Made by a program: the position numbers and the translations under genes. The notes beneath the pieces were generated by a model. That model saw nothing but the letters and a program-made list of their open reading frames with translations, ran no database searches and was not told the DNA's origin. A stretch of 64,000 nucleotides of DNA from Octopus vulgaris (lineage: Eukaryota): positions 125,364,001-125,428,000 of the forward strand of contig OX597815.1 of the NCBI GenBank assembly GCA_951406725.2, written 5' to 3'. Below are positions 22,775-37,701 of this stretch, one piece after another (the stretch's first letter is position 1; the number at the start of each line of letters is the position of its first letter).

Positions 22775-23290
22775 TAAGGTAGCAAGCTGGCAGAGTCATT
22801 AGTATGCCATGCTAGATGCTTCCTGGCATTTTGCTCATACCTTTTACCTGTTTCAGCCATTAGACTGCGGCCATGCTGGGGCACGGCCTTGAAGAAGTTT
22901 TAGTCAAATGAATCGACCCCAGCACTTGATTTTTGTTAAGCCTGGTACTTATTCTATCAATCTCTTTTGTGGAACTGCTAAATGATGGGAACATAAACAC
23001 ACAAACACTGGTTGTCAAATGGTGGTGGTGGAGGTGGGGGGGACACACAGACCCAGACACAAAGACACCAAATTCCACTGAGATCAGCTTTGTCTTTCAT
23101 CCTTTTGGGGTCAGAGCACTGGGGTTGATGTAATCGGCTTACCCCTACCCCGAACATGGTAGCCTTGTGACAAAATTTGAGGTCAATATATATAATATGG
23201 TGACAGGAAGGGCAGCCAACCATAGAAAATTTGCATCAACAAAATCTATCAGACCCATAGAAGCTTAGAAAAGGAGACATTAAACGATTG
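22775..23290 (+). mobile_element. Family-C-headed SINE interrupted by a minus-strand family B SINE (22845-23065)
   Basis: Head ggtagcaagctggcagag.. resumes at ~23070 as caaattccactgagatcagctttgtctttcatcc (compare 58240-58370) and ends in an RTE-like tail. Confidence 0.6.
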
Positions 23291-23526
23291 ATTGATTGAT
23301 TGATTGATGTATGTATGTATGTATGTATGTATGTATGTATGTATGTATGTATGTATGTATGTATGTATGTATGTATGTATGTATGTATGTATGTATGTAT
23401 GTATGTATGTATGTATGTATGTATGTATGTATGTATGTATGTATGTATGTATGTATGTATGTATGTATGTATGTATGTATGCATGCATGCATGCATGCAT
23501 GCATGTATCATCATCATCATCATCAT
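23286..23526. repeat. Compound microsatellite (GATT)n-(ATGT)~44-(ATGC)n-(CAT)n
   Basis: Read directly from the sequence. Confidence 0.95.
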
Positions 23527-24290
23527 TGTTTAACGTTCGCTTTCCATGCTGTCATGGGCTGGACGGTTTGACTGAGGACTGGCAAGCCAGGTGGCTGCAC
23601 CAGGCTCCAATCTGATCTGGCAGAGTTTCTATAGCTGGATGCCCTTCCTAACACCAACCACTCCGAGAGTGTAGTGGGTGCTTTTACGTGCCACCAGCAC
23701 GAGGGCCAGTCAGGCAGTACTGGCAACGGCCACGCTCGAATGGTGTTTTTTACATGCTACCTTCACAGGAGCCAGTCCAGTGGCACTGACAACGACCTTG
23801 CTCGAATGTTGTGTTTCACGTGCTACTGGCACAAGTGCCAGTAAGGCGATGCTGGTAATGATCAAGCTTGAATGGTGCTTTTTACATGCCACTGGCATAG
23901 GAGCCAGTCAGTGGCCCTGGCAATGATGATGCTCGGATGGTGCTCTTAATGTTCAACTAGCACAGATACTAGTCAGGCAGTGCTGTCGTCAGTCACGTCA
24001 GCAAATTTGATTTCGATTTCACTTGCCTCAACAGGTCTTCACAAGCAGAGTTTACTGTCCAATGAAAAAAAGGTATGCATAAGTGGACTGGTTACACCAC
24101 TGGCATAGGGCACAGTTTATGGTCTCACTTGGCTTGCCGGGTCTTCTCAAGCACAGCATATTTCCAAAGGTCTCGGTCACTAGTCATTGCCTTGGTTAGG
24201 CCTAATGTTCAAAGGTCATGCTTCACCACCTCATCCCAGGTATTCCTGGGTTTACCTCTTCCACAGGTTCCCTCAACTGCTAGGGTGTGA
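23506..24290 (-). mobile_element. RTE 3' fragment (ORF end + 3' UTR with tandem units)
   Basis: (CAT)n tail, repeated ggtgcttttacgtgccacc-like units, and the reverse complement of TCGRGKPRNTWDEVVKHDL at ~24215-24270. Confidence 0.85.
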
Positions 24291-24944
24291 CACCGCAAAA
24301 CAGCAATACTCATGTAAGGAATAGCATACTAATAATAGATAGAATTTAAAAAATCTTAGAATATTCGGTCAGCCAATCTGTGGCAAAATTAGAGAAATGA
24401 CTAACTGACTATGTGACAAAAGTAAATAGATGAATGAATGAGTGATGACAGGGTATTCATGTGAATTTAAGTTTGTTTTTAAGATGGAAGACAGAAACTG
24501 TTTACAGAACTAAGAGGGGATTATGTTCTGCACTGAAATAGAGGTGATAGATGTACTGAGTTGAAAAAAGACAAGATTCCTTATCTGAACATCTTCTGGC
24601 TGGATTTGTATTCTTTTGGTGGGGTTATTGAAATGTAGTAAGAATCCAAGAGAGCAAGTTTATATAGAGTGGGATAGTGGAGGAGGAGGTAAGTGATTGG
24701 AGAAGCAAGTGATTATCGAAACAGGGAAAGAGAGAGAGAGAGAGAGAGACAATGCCAGTGTTAGGACAGAACACAAGTGGGAGAGAGATATTTCTTTTGG
24801 GATTTTGGGGAAACTATGTTTACAGAACTAAGAGGGGGTTATGACCTGCGCTGAAATAGAGGTGATAAAACAAAAAGTAAAAGGTTAATGAATCCAGGCA
24901 GATATCCAGAAAGTATTTGATAGAAGGAAACTGAAAGAAGCTCA

Positions 24945-25643
24945 CCTCCATAGGCTTCAAAGAAATGAAGCCACTATGCATCGCTGGGTGTGCAATGTCA
25001 GTGTGCATGTTCAACAGAGTATAAACACCTTGAGAGAAAAGTTGGGCATAAGAGGTATCAGACGTGGAATGCAAGAAAGACAACTGTGCTGATATGGTCA
25101 TGTGATGTATATGAATGAGGACAGCTATGTAAAAAAGTGCCGATCTCTAACTGTGGTAGAGGTAAACCTGGGAAGACGAGACAAGGTGGTGAAGCATGAT
25201 CTTCAAACTTTGGGCTTCACACCTGACAACCTAAGTGAAATCATAGTTGTGGCTGATGCTGGGGTCATGTAACAGGCACATAAAAAGCACCTTCCAAGCA
25301 TTGGGCTTCACAGAAATAAAGTGGCTGATGTTGATGGCATGTGTAAAGCTCCTTTCGATTGTTGGGCCTCATGGAGGCAATGACCTAGACCTTTGGCATT
25401 ATGTCATGTTTGAAGAGAAGACCCATCAAGCCAAGTAAAATTACAGTCAGGGCAGATATTGGTGTCATGCAAATGGCACCCGTGGTGGCAGCATGTAAAA
25501 GCACCCATTACACTCTCAGAGTGGTTGGCGTGAGGAAGGGCATCCAGCCATAGAAACTATGCCAAATCAGACTGGAATCTGGTGCAGCTTGCCAGCTTTG
25601 GTCAAACTGTCCAACCCATGACAGCATAGACAACAAATGTTAA

Positions 25644-25675
<32 letters not shown>
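24945..25675 (+). mobile_element. Decayed RTE 3' fragment
   Basis: RNEATMHRWVCNVS..REKLGIRGI homology and a (GAT)n tail. Confidence 0.8.
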
Positions 25676-25981
25676 GGTGGTGGTGGTGGTGGTGGTGGTA
25701 ATGATGGATGGTGATGGTGATGATGATTGTGTGTGTGTGTGTGTACATTACTGTTCCATTGCCTTGATATCTTTGACATCACATGATAGTTGTGTCACCA
25801 TCATGCAAGCTGTGTTCTTCATTTCTAGTCTTCTGTGAATACAAATCTAGTCATGGGGAAATATTGGAAACAGGCAAGTGTTGGCAACAAGAAAGGCATA
25901 TGTCCATAAAAAATTTGCTTCAACAAATTTTGTCCAACTCATACAAGAATGGAAAAATGGACATTAAAATGATGATAATGA

Positions 25982-26019
<38 letters not shown>

Positions 26020-26043
26020 TTCTAAATTTCATATCAGTTTAAC

Positions 26044-26957
26044 TAGTGATCCCTCGCTACTTCGCGGTTCAACTATCGCGGATTTTTAAAATATATATAT
26101 ATATATGAACATCTAAAATTTTTCATTAAATCCATTAAAATATGTCCTGGCGAACCTGGTTGCTTCTGTGGATGCCGCCCAAGAAGACGAAGATGAAAAT
26201 TTTAACTTGAAGGCATACTGGTGGCAGTACACAATTGCTACGTGCCTTCAAAATATCCAGAAGGTATTGCAAGAAATGAAGCCTGCTACCATTAATGTGA
26301 GCTGGGAACATTTGTGGCCCGAGTTTATGACGACAAGGGATTTACACCTGCTGAAATCCAACACTCCACAGTACAGAAAGCTTTGCAGTTGGCTGCGATC
26401 ATTGGAGGTGACGATTTGCAGACATGACCACAGGAGACATCGATGTGTTATTAAACTTCCACTCCCAGCCGCTAACCAACGCAGACCTTGAAGACTTGAC
26501 GAAGTCGGCCAGCAAAGAAGAAGAAGAAGAAACGCAACAAGAAACGAAAGAAATTGTCAACCAAACTGGCTTGACTTTAGAATGGCTGGCCAAGCTCTGC
26601 AACCTGGCTAAAGAATTGAAAGAGGGGTCACAGGAATGGGACGGTGATATGGTTCGTTCTGTGCAATTTTGCAACAATGTCAATGAAGTCATGAATCCCT
26701 ACAAGATGCTTTTTGAATGGAAAAAGAAGCAGCGTTTTTTGCAGCCTCGCAAAAAAGAGCCAGTTCCTGCTGCTACTACTATGGTTGCACGTTCGGAAGA
26801 GGTGGAAGAGGTGTCCCAGGAAAGGGCACCACCGTCAGCTTCATCATCATCATTTCTACTGTGCAGCAAATTCATCACCATCATCATTCAAATTTTACTT
26901 CAACTTCTTTCGTGTTGAGTACAGTAAAAATCTACTGCGATAAATGAGGGATCACTG
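26044..26957 (+). mobile_element. Internally deleted Tigger/pogo DNA transposon
   Basis: TIRs TAGTGATCCCTC / GAGGGATCACTG|TA. Remnant ORFs YWWQYTIATCLQNI..TINVSWEHLWPE and DIDVLLNFHSQPLTNADLEDL match the Tigger transposase C-terminus. Confidence 0.85.
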
Positions 26958-29900
26958 TATGTGTATTTCAGTCAGAATCACAGATTAAATATTATCATAG
27001 AAAATGAAAACTTTTTAATAAAAATGTTAGTGGACAGCTGAATAAAATATTATTTGGTAGAATCTGCAAGACTGTAGTCAGTAGCAAGCTGAAATGTGGA
27101 AGCTATGAAAGAGGGTGCCTAAAATACCATTTTCGGGTCTCATCAAATGACATCTCAATGAAGTGAATGGTATAATTGCAGGAGCATAAGAAAAGACAGT
27201 GAATGAAAGCCGAAGATGGAAGAAGGCTATGATAAAAGGAATAAAGGTTACAAAGTCAGATTTGATGAAGCAATAAGGGAAAAAGAAAAAAGGCTTAGCA
27301 AGACTCTCTACAGTAGATCTGCAAACAAAAGTTCCTAATATCTGCAGTCATGGTTGTACCAGTGCCTTTGGTCCTCAGTTTCATGAAAGAACAAGACATT
27401 ATACTTCTCTGCTAAAAAGTGATGCTTGATTTCATCTGACAGCACACACACAGTGAGAGAGAGAGAGGTGGACAGGCAGACAGACGGACAGACAGGGGAG
27501 GATAGACAAAAAGAGTGCTGAGAATTGTTTCTACAAAGTTACAAGTGTTTGAAATTTATTCATCATTACTAAAACAAGCTCTGTTCATCAGACATTTCCA
27601 CTGGCACCTTATATCCACTAAAATCATGATTTTCCATAATCTACAGAAATGTTTTATTTAATAAACCACGCACCAAACAGGACACACAGTCTTCTATTCT
27701 GAGGAGTTGTATCCAATGAAAATTACTTTATTTCTCTCCATGTAAACTTTAATCAATTAGCCCTAAATCCTCCTAATCATTCTTCTGGTTCCTATCAGTT
27801 TCAGACATAAGAAAAAAAGGAAATTCAATGAACAGAGGAATGGCTGTGTGGTTAAGAAGTTTGCTTCACAACCGTATATGGTTCTAGGTTCAATCCCATA
27901 GCATGACACTTTAGATAAGTGTCTTCTACTATAACTTTGAGCCAACCAATAGTTTTTGAGTGAAATTTAGTTGTTAGAAATTGCAAAAATTCATTATGTG
28001 TGTGTATGAATGTGCACATGTTGGTGTGTATGTCTATACAGTCCCATATACATAGGGTGGCTAGAAAAAAACAGGTGATTTTAGTTGATCATATATTCAG
28101 TAATACACAATATATTTACTCAAAACTTTTACATAATCTTTACAATAGCATGTGATTTACTTAATCTTTATAACTTCACAATTTCATGATCTTGTAATTG
28201 TAAAAAATATTTATAATTTGAAAAAAAAAAAAAAAGAACTGAATCCAACAAAGTCAACATGAGCAGCTATATGGGTCAATAGAATTATTGAGCCATTTTT
28301 TATTGACTAACTTGTCAATTTTGAACAGTATTTTGATATGCTGAAGAAGTTTTGACAGCTAGTTAAGCCAACAAAATCTTTGTCACTGGATTTGGTAAAC
28401 AGAAGCTGAAAGAAGCCTGTCATGTGTGTGTGTGTGTGTCTTTGTGTTTGTCCCCCACCACCACTTGACAACTGGTGTTGGTTTGTTTACATCCCAGTAA
28501 TTTAGTGGTTCAGCAAAAAAAGATACTGACAGAAATATGTACCAGGCATGAAAAAACAAGTACTGGCATTGATTTGTTTGACTAAATCCTTTAAGCTTTA
28601 GTTGAACAAGTCAACCTCAGTACTTAAAGCACCATCTTGAAAGTGGTGCCCAAGCACTGATGTAGTCTAACGACTGAAAAAAGTAAAAGATAAAAGATAG
28701 TCTTGGATAAGAACTAATCTCCATACAAAATGGTAAGCGATCAGTTCACAGTTAGTTGAATGGAAAATTCCTAGAAAGACAAATGAGCAGCAGATATGCA
28801 TTTCTGCAATGGTTGTTATGGTCTGCTATATTGTCAACTCTCCACTCTGTGATAGTGGCCATGACGAAATCAGTATCTGACTCAATACCAGAAAAATCTT
28901 TTGTTAATAAGTCACATATTATTGTGAAGAAGGTATACTTTGAATATTAATGACAATATGATTTATTTAAATCAATTGGTTTATCTTGACCATCAGATAT
29001 ATTGTGAACATATTTGTATCACCATGGGGTTGTACATTCAAACAGAAATATACTGTGGGATTTATGTATTTCTCCTTAAGCCAATGTCCCATTGGACAAG
29101 ACCAATGTGAAAAGTAATGGAATTGATATGATTGACTAAAATTCTTGAAGACCACAGTCCAATGACTGAATCTGATTGAAGAACAAAAAATGCATGAAAA
29201 TTAATACAAAGATTTCTTAAGCTTTAATAATCAAGCAATATATATTAAGCTGAAGTGTTAGGGTTAATAGAGAATTTTTAAATACATAAAATTAGGACCT
29301 GTGTTTTCTGTATTTCATTATCTGTTTTGTGGTTTAGAATTAGAACACTATAATCATTTGGCCTTTGAACATGTGAATAGTTATAAAATGTGAGAGACAG
29401 AGTATTTCTGCAATCAATTTTGGTGAACCTTCACTTCATACATTAGATTCTTTAATCCATACAAGCCTGTGAACTACACCACAAAGTTAATACATTTACC
29501 CCTTGCTTTTCACCAAATCTCCTCACCATTTCATATATGCAGTTATTATATATAGCTTCCTGAGTCATGAAAAAGTCAACAAGGTGACTTCATTCAAGAG
29601 TATTGCTCTAACCCTTGTCCACACATAACTTTGTTTCTGTGACTTCCTTCTATGTAATTATGAGATACTGTTTGTCCAACCACCATAAAAAAATTACTGG
29701 TTAATTGATCTTGGATCAAACATCTCTAAAACAATAAAAGCAATCATAAATGAGCATCTCTTTCCCACCAATGATTTCCAATACAGGTTTTGCTAAACCA
29801 TATGAATGGGAATCCTCTTCATGTATTTGTGGTTTCTTTCCCTTGAGAACTTAGTGAAATCAAAGTGATTGTGTTTCAAAGAATGAAAGCTTTCAATTAA

Positions 29901-31776
29901 TTGTAGTACAATAAAATACTGGCAAAGTTGCAATTCTAAAATCACAATCAGAAAGCAAGATGTTTCATCAAAGCATGTCATGAAATTTAGTGATATCACT
30001 CTAAAATCTTTTTTTTTTTTTTCGTTAAATTAATATTTTTCTACTGTCACTCTTGACCACCCTAAGTTCTTATCTAACATTCTATGCAGATTTTTTGTTG
30101 ACTTACAACCCAATCATTTCTTCCAGGCCTGTTCCTTCTCTGTGAACAAATCTATAAAAAAAAAAACACCCTGGGAACTTGATAAGCTTGTATCATTCAA
30201 CAGACCAAAGCACAAGAATGAAGTATATACTACAATAATCCTCAACAACCTCTCTAGGAGACCAAATTTTACACATAACTAAGATTTTATCATACAGAAG
30301 CTACTTTAATCTAAAGCCAGTGCTAGTCACTTACAAAGCACAACTGCACTATATACTAAAGTGCCAGCATATTAGGAATGATGCACTACATATACAAACA
30401 GAGAATGAGAGAGACAGAGACATTCACATTATAGATCAAGTCCAAAATAAGCAGCTAGATATTATTCAGCCACTGGCGAATAATCAAGCTTTTTTTGTTT
30501 TGTTTTTTCCATATTTGTCTTTTCTACCACTGCAAAATTATATCGGTACCTATTTCTTTACAGCCCACAAGGGGCTACACACAGAGAGGACAAACAAACT
30601 GAACTTCCTAACTCAAAACCCCTTCAATGGCCCCTTATCTGCTCTTTTCATGTGTCCCCCTCCCACTATGTATCACTTATGAGAAGTTATTACTAAACTT
30701 TTCACCAAATCCTTCTGCTCTAAAACTTCTCTCAACCTCAAATATTCCTTCTGGTTTATTACCTTACAGTAATTCCAACTGAATATTAACTGCAATAACC
30801 TAAGCCATTTATCTGAGGTCCTAAAACTGATATGGCCACTGCTTCATCTCCTCATTTCCACACATATAATACAAATCATTATTATTTTCATTAATGTCAT
30901 TTGATATTTATATTATTAAAAAATTTCAGTGAAATACAGCCAAAATTACTCTAAATGAATAAAAGAAAATATGATAGAAAATTTTTTATTCATTTATTTT
31001 TTTCTAATGATTTTTCTCTTTTTTTTTTTTACTTTGTTATAAATGGAAACCAATTCAGGTTGTTTACAAATGTCAATCCGATTAGACATTAGACGTGGCT
31101 AATCTACAGACAGAAATGGACATTGTAAGTAATACATTGGCATTTGATGAACTGAAAATAGACTGTGACCCAAATCAGAATTGATTTTCCCTTTCTTTCT
31201 TGCTTTTTACTCCCTCCCTCTCTCTCTTATTCTTCATCTTGCATCATCATAGTAAATGCTGCTACAGAGGTAAAATGATGTCCCATTTATCAAATCCCAA
31301 AGTTAAGATGAAAATTGGGAATTGCAATCTCTGGGATCACAGATCCCATATAATATTTGAGCTTGGAAATCCCAAGATTATTATCAAAGCAATTCTAGAA
31401 ATACAAAACCCATATTAATAAAACAGAAACCCATCTGTTTTCTGTCAATATTAGATGCAGCTATTGATAAGTAATACTCAGTGGGCCATGTGCCTGCTTG
31501 AAATCATTACAAATCATTTTTCATTATTATATGATTCCATTAAAATCATCAATACTAAGCTTCAAAACTGTGACCTCATTCCTTTTAGAAATTATGGGAT
31601 AGAACAATATCCGGTATAGCATTTTGGTTCAGCTTTCAGTACCATTATACATACGTACATACATGCCTATCTCTGTGTATGTATGCGTATGTATATATTA
31701 TTTGTACATTTAATGCTGAAGCTCAACTATTACTTTTAACTACACTGGAAAACTACTCTCCATTCACATGGATATC

Positions 31777-31817
<41 letters not shown>

Positions 31818-32559
31818 CATATATGCATGTGGTGTGTGTAATAGAGAGGAGGAAGAGAGAAATAAAGAGACAACTGGCATTAAAATCTTACTACTATCTA
31901 AAAGTATAATAATTTATACACAGTATGAAATAAACGAATAAAACCTAAAATTGAATATTACAAAGTTTTGTTTTTGTTGTTTTCTTTCATTTTTTTTTTG
32001 CTTTCTGGTGCATGTTATTTTTTTCTACATTATCATAGAGTTAGGTTTCTTTCCATTTTTTTTTTTCTTTCTCATTTTGCAAATTTGGATATTTGCATAT
32101 TGTTGGAGCAATTATTTTTTTACAGCTGGATGATCTCCCTTCCTATCAATAATCACTTGACTGTGAAATATGAGTTTGCTATTCACCGAGCAGAAAGAGG
32201 CAAACAATAGTTGTGTGCTTTTCCTTGGGACAGAACACATTGACTGTAGCAAGGTTTGAACATGGTCAGTAATCAACCGCTTTAATGACTCAGCCATTAC
32301 TGTTTTAAATTAGAAATATTTAAAAGTTAAAAGTTCAAATAACATATCTCCAGAATTTCCACTGAATATAAGCAATTAAGTATTTAATTTACAGTTCAAA
32401 AGTGTAATAAATTGGTTTGCTGTAAGAAAATGGAAAACTTTAATGATTTTCACAGTATCCTCCAACATGCTGTAATGTTTTCTGATGATTCTGCAAGCTA
32501 ACTAGGGACCATATACTCCAGAAACAAAAGGCTCCATACCATACTATCAATTAATATTG

Positions 32560-33445
32560 CATTGAGTCAGAAGTTCTGCAATATTTTGGTAACATTTTTG
32601 CTTTATTCATCACGTTACAACAAAAGCAGCCCAGCATTCAAAGTAGAGGTCATTATGTTGCACCATCTGAAACCACCTTTCTGCTAGTTATTTGATTCTA
32701 TACTGATGCTAGTTCTTGTCCTTTGAGGTGAACATTTCTTTCACTGAAGTTTCCACCTCCTCTTGATTGATGAAGTGCTGCAAGCACAGGATATGAGCCA
32801 TGGATCAGAACAAGTAATAATCCAAGGGGGCTAGGCCTGGACTAGGCCAGTTCAATTCCCTCAAGTTCCTGGAGTTTATTCAGGGTAATTCGAGCAGAAT
32901 GAAGTCTTGCATTATCTGGCTGCAGAACAGCTCATTATTAACCAATGCCAGGCATTTATGCTGTACAATGGCATACATCTATGAGGTGCCAAACCTTCCT
33001 GATACCCTCCAAGTGCAACTTGCCAGGTCTGTTTCTATGGATTGGGGCACAACCTCAAAACCCACAATTTCAGGCCTACCTGTCCTTACCTGATCATCGA
33101 GGTTCTTGCAACCCAAGCAAAATTTCTTGAAGCATCTGGTTACTGTATTCTGGTCAACTATGCCTTCACTTTTGCACAGCAAATGTTTTTGGTTGCTTCC
33201 ACATCATTATGGCCTAGTCCAAACTTGTAAAGCATAAGTTCCTGAATGAGACTACACTGAATGTTCATTTGTGTGACTTTCAAATCACAAACGGTAAACC
33301 AATGCAAAACATGTCAGTGCACTAACTACCATAATACTACTAACCTCAGCAGGTACCTTCCATGGCTTGAAGTGCTTTGGTTATGTGATACAAACAACAC
33401 AAACTAGCATGTATGCAAATATTGCAAAACTTTTGACTCGCTTAA
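32560..33445 (-). mobile_element. Decayed mariner element
   Basis: TIRs GAGTCAGAAGTTCTGCAATATTT / AAATATTGCAAAACTTTTGACTC. Remnant NTVTRCFKKFCLGCKNLDDQVRTGRP resembles the mariner HTH-linker. Confidence 0.75.
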
Positions 33446-33479
33446 ATATCTTTCAGTACTTTCCTTCCCATTACTAATA

Positions 33480-34740
33480 ACTTAATCGCAATCACATCTC
33501 AATTTTTTACCCCACCCCCACAAGCAACATAAACCTGACCTTTTCACACAACCCATCATCTCCACAACAAAATCCTCACCAACCAACTAAATTAAATAAT
33601 TCCCTCTTCACCACTGTCTTATTCTGCCACATAAAGGTATTAACCATATCCTAAACTTTCTCAGTTCCTTTTCTTTCTCTCCTGGATTTTATAAGATTCT
33701 ATTCACTGTGGATGCAAAATCCCTACATTCTGTCATACCCACAATTACAGATACTTAGCCTTTAAACTTTCCCTTCACATCTGCTCTTCTAGAACCTGAA
33801 CCTCATTTTAACCTAGCACCACCATCACTCTTCTCCATTTAACTCACCTTACTTTGAATTATTTTCCTTTTTCAACTGAGTTCATGTAGCATAACACAGA
33901 TGTGGCAATAGATAACAAACTGGACTCCAGTTACACCATCCTTTTTACGAGCAGTATTGAAGGCTGAATTGCCCCATTTCCTGGAACCATTCTGGAATTA
34001 TGCACTTGCTACACATATTTACAATTGTATCAATGCCAATTTCCTTTGTCTTCATTTCCTGCATCAATACTTCCCGTCCAGTTCTAGAATATACCTCTGT
34101 TAACTGTGACACTTTCTGCCATTTTCCTCAACCTCTGTCTCTAAGGTTAGCCCTCGTGTCTCCAGCACATTGGATGATAAATCTACCAAAACTCTCTTAT
34201 TCACACTTTTCCTCTACCCCACCCCCTCCACATGCTTAAATCAAAATTAAAACTTTTTTTGCAGAATTCATAGTCTATGCTGCAATAATTGGAATATAGT
34301 TCCCAAATCAGAAAAAAAATTAACCAATTCTTTTCTTTCACACAAGGTTACTGTGAATCTACAATCAACACCACACTCTGCAAAACTCAGGCCACTGACA
34401 AAGTCTCTGGTCTTGTACCTGACATGCACACAGAGAGATGGTTCTCTTTTCCACCACCTTTTATTCATCAGCTCAACAGAACATCCTCCACAATTTTCAC
34501 TCCCTCTGACTCTCAAACTGTCCTCAACTTTTACCATTGCTGACCTTTTAAAAGAGATAAAAACTTGTGAAACCTCTTGGTTCAAAACTCCCATCTCTCT
34601 AGCAACTCACATCTTGATGCATTCAAATACTCCCACTCTATACGCTACACTTGGTCCTTTATCTCTAATAAAAGTATGTACATTTATAACCAACATCCAA
34701 GCCCTAACTTTCTTTACTGCATCACTTGCAAACTCTTCAA
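33480..34740 (+). mobile_element. Heavily decayed Penelope-like element RT/linker
   Basis: Remnant motifs LFTVDAKSLHSVIP, VAIDNKLDSSY (compare GVAMGTKMGPSY), NILHNF, FKRDKNL*NLLV and KVCTFI. Confidence 0.6.
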
Positions 34741-34829
34741 ATCTCTCTCTCTCTCTCTCTCTTTTTGTTTGTCTGTCTGTCTCTTTCTTTCTCTCACTCC
34801 ACACACATATGTAGAGAGAGAGTGAGTGA

Positions 34830-37550
34830 GTGGGGTCAAACAGATGGTGTAAAACTAAAGAGATTGGTAAAGGTAGGAGTTAGCCCTAGAGTAAATTGTT
34901 TCAGGATAATGGATGAAATGTCACCAGAGCCAGTGGTATTGCTACAAACAGAACAGTACATGAGGAGGTCTGACCAGTCAAATGATTTAAGATGCCACTG
35001 GGTACAGGAGGGGGGGGGTGGAATGCAAGCTGGAGTATGCAGATGTATGGTAGATAGCTATAACAAGGCAATGGCTGAACAACATAATAGGTACAAAGTC
35101 AATGAAAGTTTGGAAGGGGTTGTATTTGGAAGTGAGGTCTGTATCAAGGATATTTGGAGTTAGGGATGTGTAAAAGATGAACCTAGTTAAAGGAAATGTG
35201 TTGAAGATTACAAAACATTCAGCTTCTGCATAAAAAGTAGGCAAAGAAGTTACTAAGGATGTTTAGGACAGATATTCTCAGTTTAACAGAAACATTATCC
35301 CATGGATGAAAGTAATGCTCCAATACGGATCTATCCTGAATTCTGTAGAGTTAGCAAGTGGTCAGAGCTTTAGTAGATCTGGATCCAATGAAGAATCATA
35401 GTTTTTTTTGACAGAGTTTTGAGGGCATAAAGAGGAAATGTCCAGGAGGAATTTTGTTGCTTGTATGCAGTGTGAACTTGTAAGATTTTTCAGCAAAAGC
35501 ACTGCCAACAGAGCAGTTTTGGTTGAAGAATGGTGAATAGACCACTTGCAATACATGTAAGGCATCTTTTGCTTTTCTGATAGCAATCTTACAGGCATTA
35601 CATGGCATCTAAACACTTCTCAGTTGGAAGTAAATGACTGCCTCCAGGAATTGTAAGCAATTTTCTCTGCCCATTGTGCTAAAGGCAAATCATTTGGGGA
35701 TTTCAGACTTATGGCTTTTGAAGTGGTTTAAAAGGACATGCTTAGGAAGATGATTTCAATCAATCATTTAGCAGTCTCAGAAAGGTTAGGGGCAAAACAC
35801 ATTTGCCATCACAGTTAGGTCAACACAGAACTGGTGAAGCTTGTTAGTTGACTTGAATTAGCAGAGGGGTGAGGGTGTTATGTGTTTTATTACTGCATTA
35901 GAAAGTAATCTTTTTCTTTAACAACTATGGACTCCCAATACAAATAAGACATTTCACACCAGCCCTTATTAGTGCACACCATACATCCTATTCTTTAAGA
36001 TCTTTATCATATGGTCCATCTCTATTGGCAGGCTTCACTCTTTACACACATTTCATTTTGTCTGTGCATATGTAGATTCTACTCTCTGACACAAACTTCC
36101 ATTTCCTCTGGTTCAAAGTCTCCCTTTGTCAATCCCCTAAATATATCTGCTTCCTCCCTGCCATCTAAGCCCCTCCAAACACCCTCAATTCTTTAACGAT
36201 CACATCTCTTCCTACATCAAAGATGTCCATATCATTTCATTCCTCTTTAAAGAAATTGTTTTCACTGACTTCAGCACTAACAACTCATTTTGGCTCTTAC
36301 ACTCAGCCCAAACTGATGTTACAAGTGAATAAACTGAACCTTTCACAATCTTTGATGTTACATCAACTAGTTTCATCCTCAACACACAGACATTCAAATA
36401 CACCTTCTTACCTCCAAATCTAAAATTTACCAGACCATCACCATCTCTGTACCTATCAGATTGTCTGGCCATTGCCTTATTGTAACTACTCACTACATAT
36501 CTACATACACTACAATGCTCCACACACACAATTTTACCCACTCCATCTCAGACCAGGTCTGCTTAAAGACTTACTCTCATATGGTAACCATTAAATTGGC
36601 TCTTGTTCTAAAAAAATTTAGTAAAAGCAATGTTGTTGCACTTGATATCAACAAAGCTTTTCAACACTTTGAATCTCCTGGCAAAACTATATCTACCTCT
36701 CATCCCTTGGATCAGTGGTTTGCTGTCAGATTGTTGGGCAAGCTGATGGAGCTGTCTCTAACCTATACAATAAACCCTAAGATACATCAGGTTTAGACTT
36801 TTTTTTTTACCCCCACTCTACATTTTCTATACATCAATGATCTATTTTCCATCATCTCCAAAAACACCCACTCTATGCAGTTCATACAACCCTTTGTTTC
36901 TCCCTAATGTTCTACAATCAAGCATTATCAACATGCAACTTATACACTCCATGCCAAATCTAAAACCTCATAGATCTTTTAAATGTTAGGCACTAACTTC
37001 ATAGAGGATCTCTTCCAAGCGAATGCAGTCTCAACCTAATAAAAGTACCACAAAGATTAGTCTTTCTCTTCAGAATCAATAAATACTTCAGATCCAACAG
37101 CTAATAACCCTCTACAAAGATCAGGTAAGACACAAATGGAGAACTATTTCCACATCAGGAATGGTGCTGTTGCTAAACATAGCTCCCATAACCTGCATCC
37201 AAAGAAAGGCCACTTGACTGATTAACACCAATTTTCTCACCAAGATACTCACTTCTGTCTTCTCCCTACATTTTCTGCTACTATAACAGTGGCTTCTACA
37301 TCATGGAGTTGCCTGGAAGTGTGCCACATCTACTCACTCTCATTCTGCTTTCATTACCAGCATTGTGTTAAACAGCACAAGCTAATACAAATTACTAATT
37401 TCAGTTCCTTCCTTCTTTCCCAGTTTGTCAGCCTTTCTGGATTTCTTTCCCCTGCATATATTTCTCACACCTGTGGACTTGAAACTGTTCAAGAGGAATG
37501 CTAATGGCATCTATCTTACTGGTCTCAGTGGGGCCTGTGAAAACCATAGC
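34830..37550. mobile_element. Two ancient oppositely oriented LINE relics (minus ~34830-35900, plus ~35950-37550)
   Basis: 35040-35150 and 36380-36510 are inverted homologues. The plus copy has VVALDINKAF and LYKDQVR..ME. Confidence 0.55.
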
Positions 37551-37701
37551 CTCAACCCTTTCCCCCAGACCAAAACAATATGAAAAAAAACAGTGCAAAG
37601 ACATGTCTTCTCTGATGATTGGCATAGCAGTATCCTTATCAGCTGCTCCATGGACAAAGGTAATTCATAAAGAAAGAAGCAAATACAGAGATGTCAAATT
37701 A

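Noticed and set aside
28055-28360. Possible Tc1/Tc3-like relic
   Set aside because: Only a weak terminus-like motif, with no matching second TIR.
31062-31128. Possible pre-miRNA or plus-strand exon (cag|..|gtaagt)
   Set aside because: The hairpin has a large asymmetric loop, I recognise no known mature miRNA, and all three frames contain stops.
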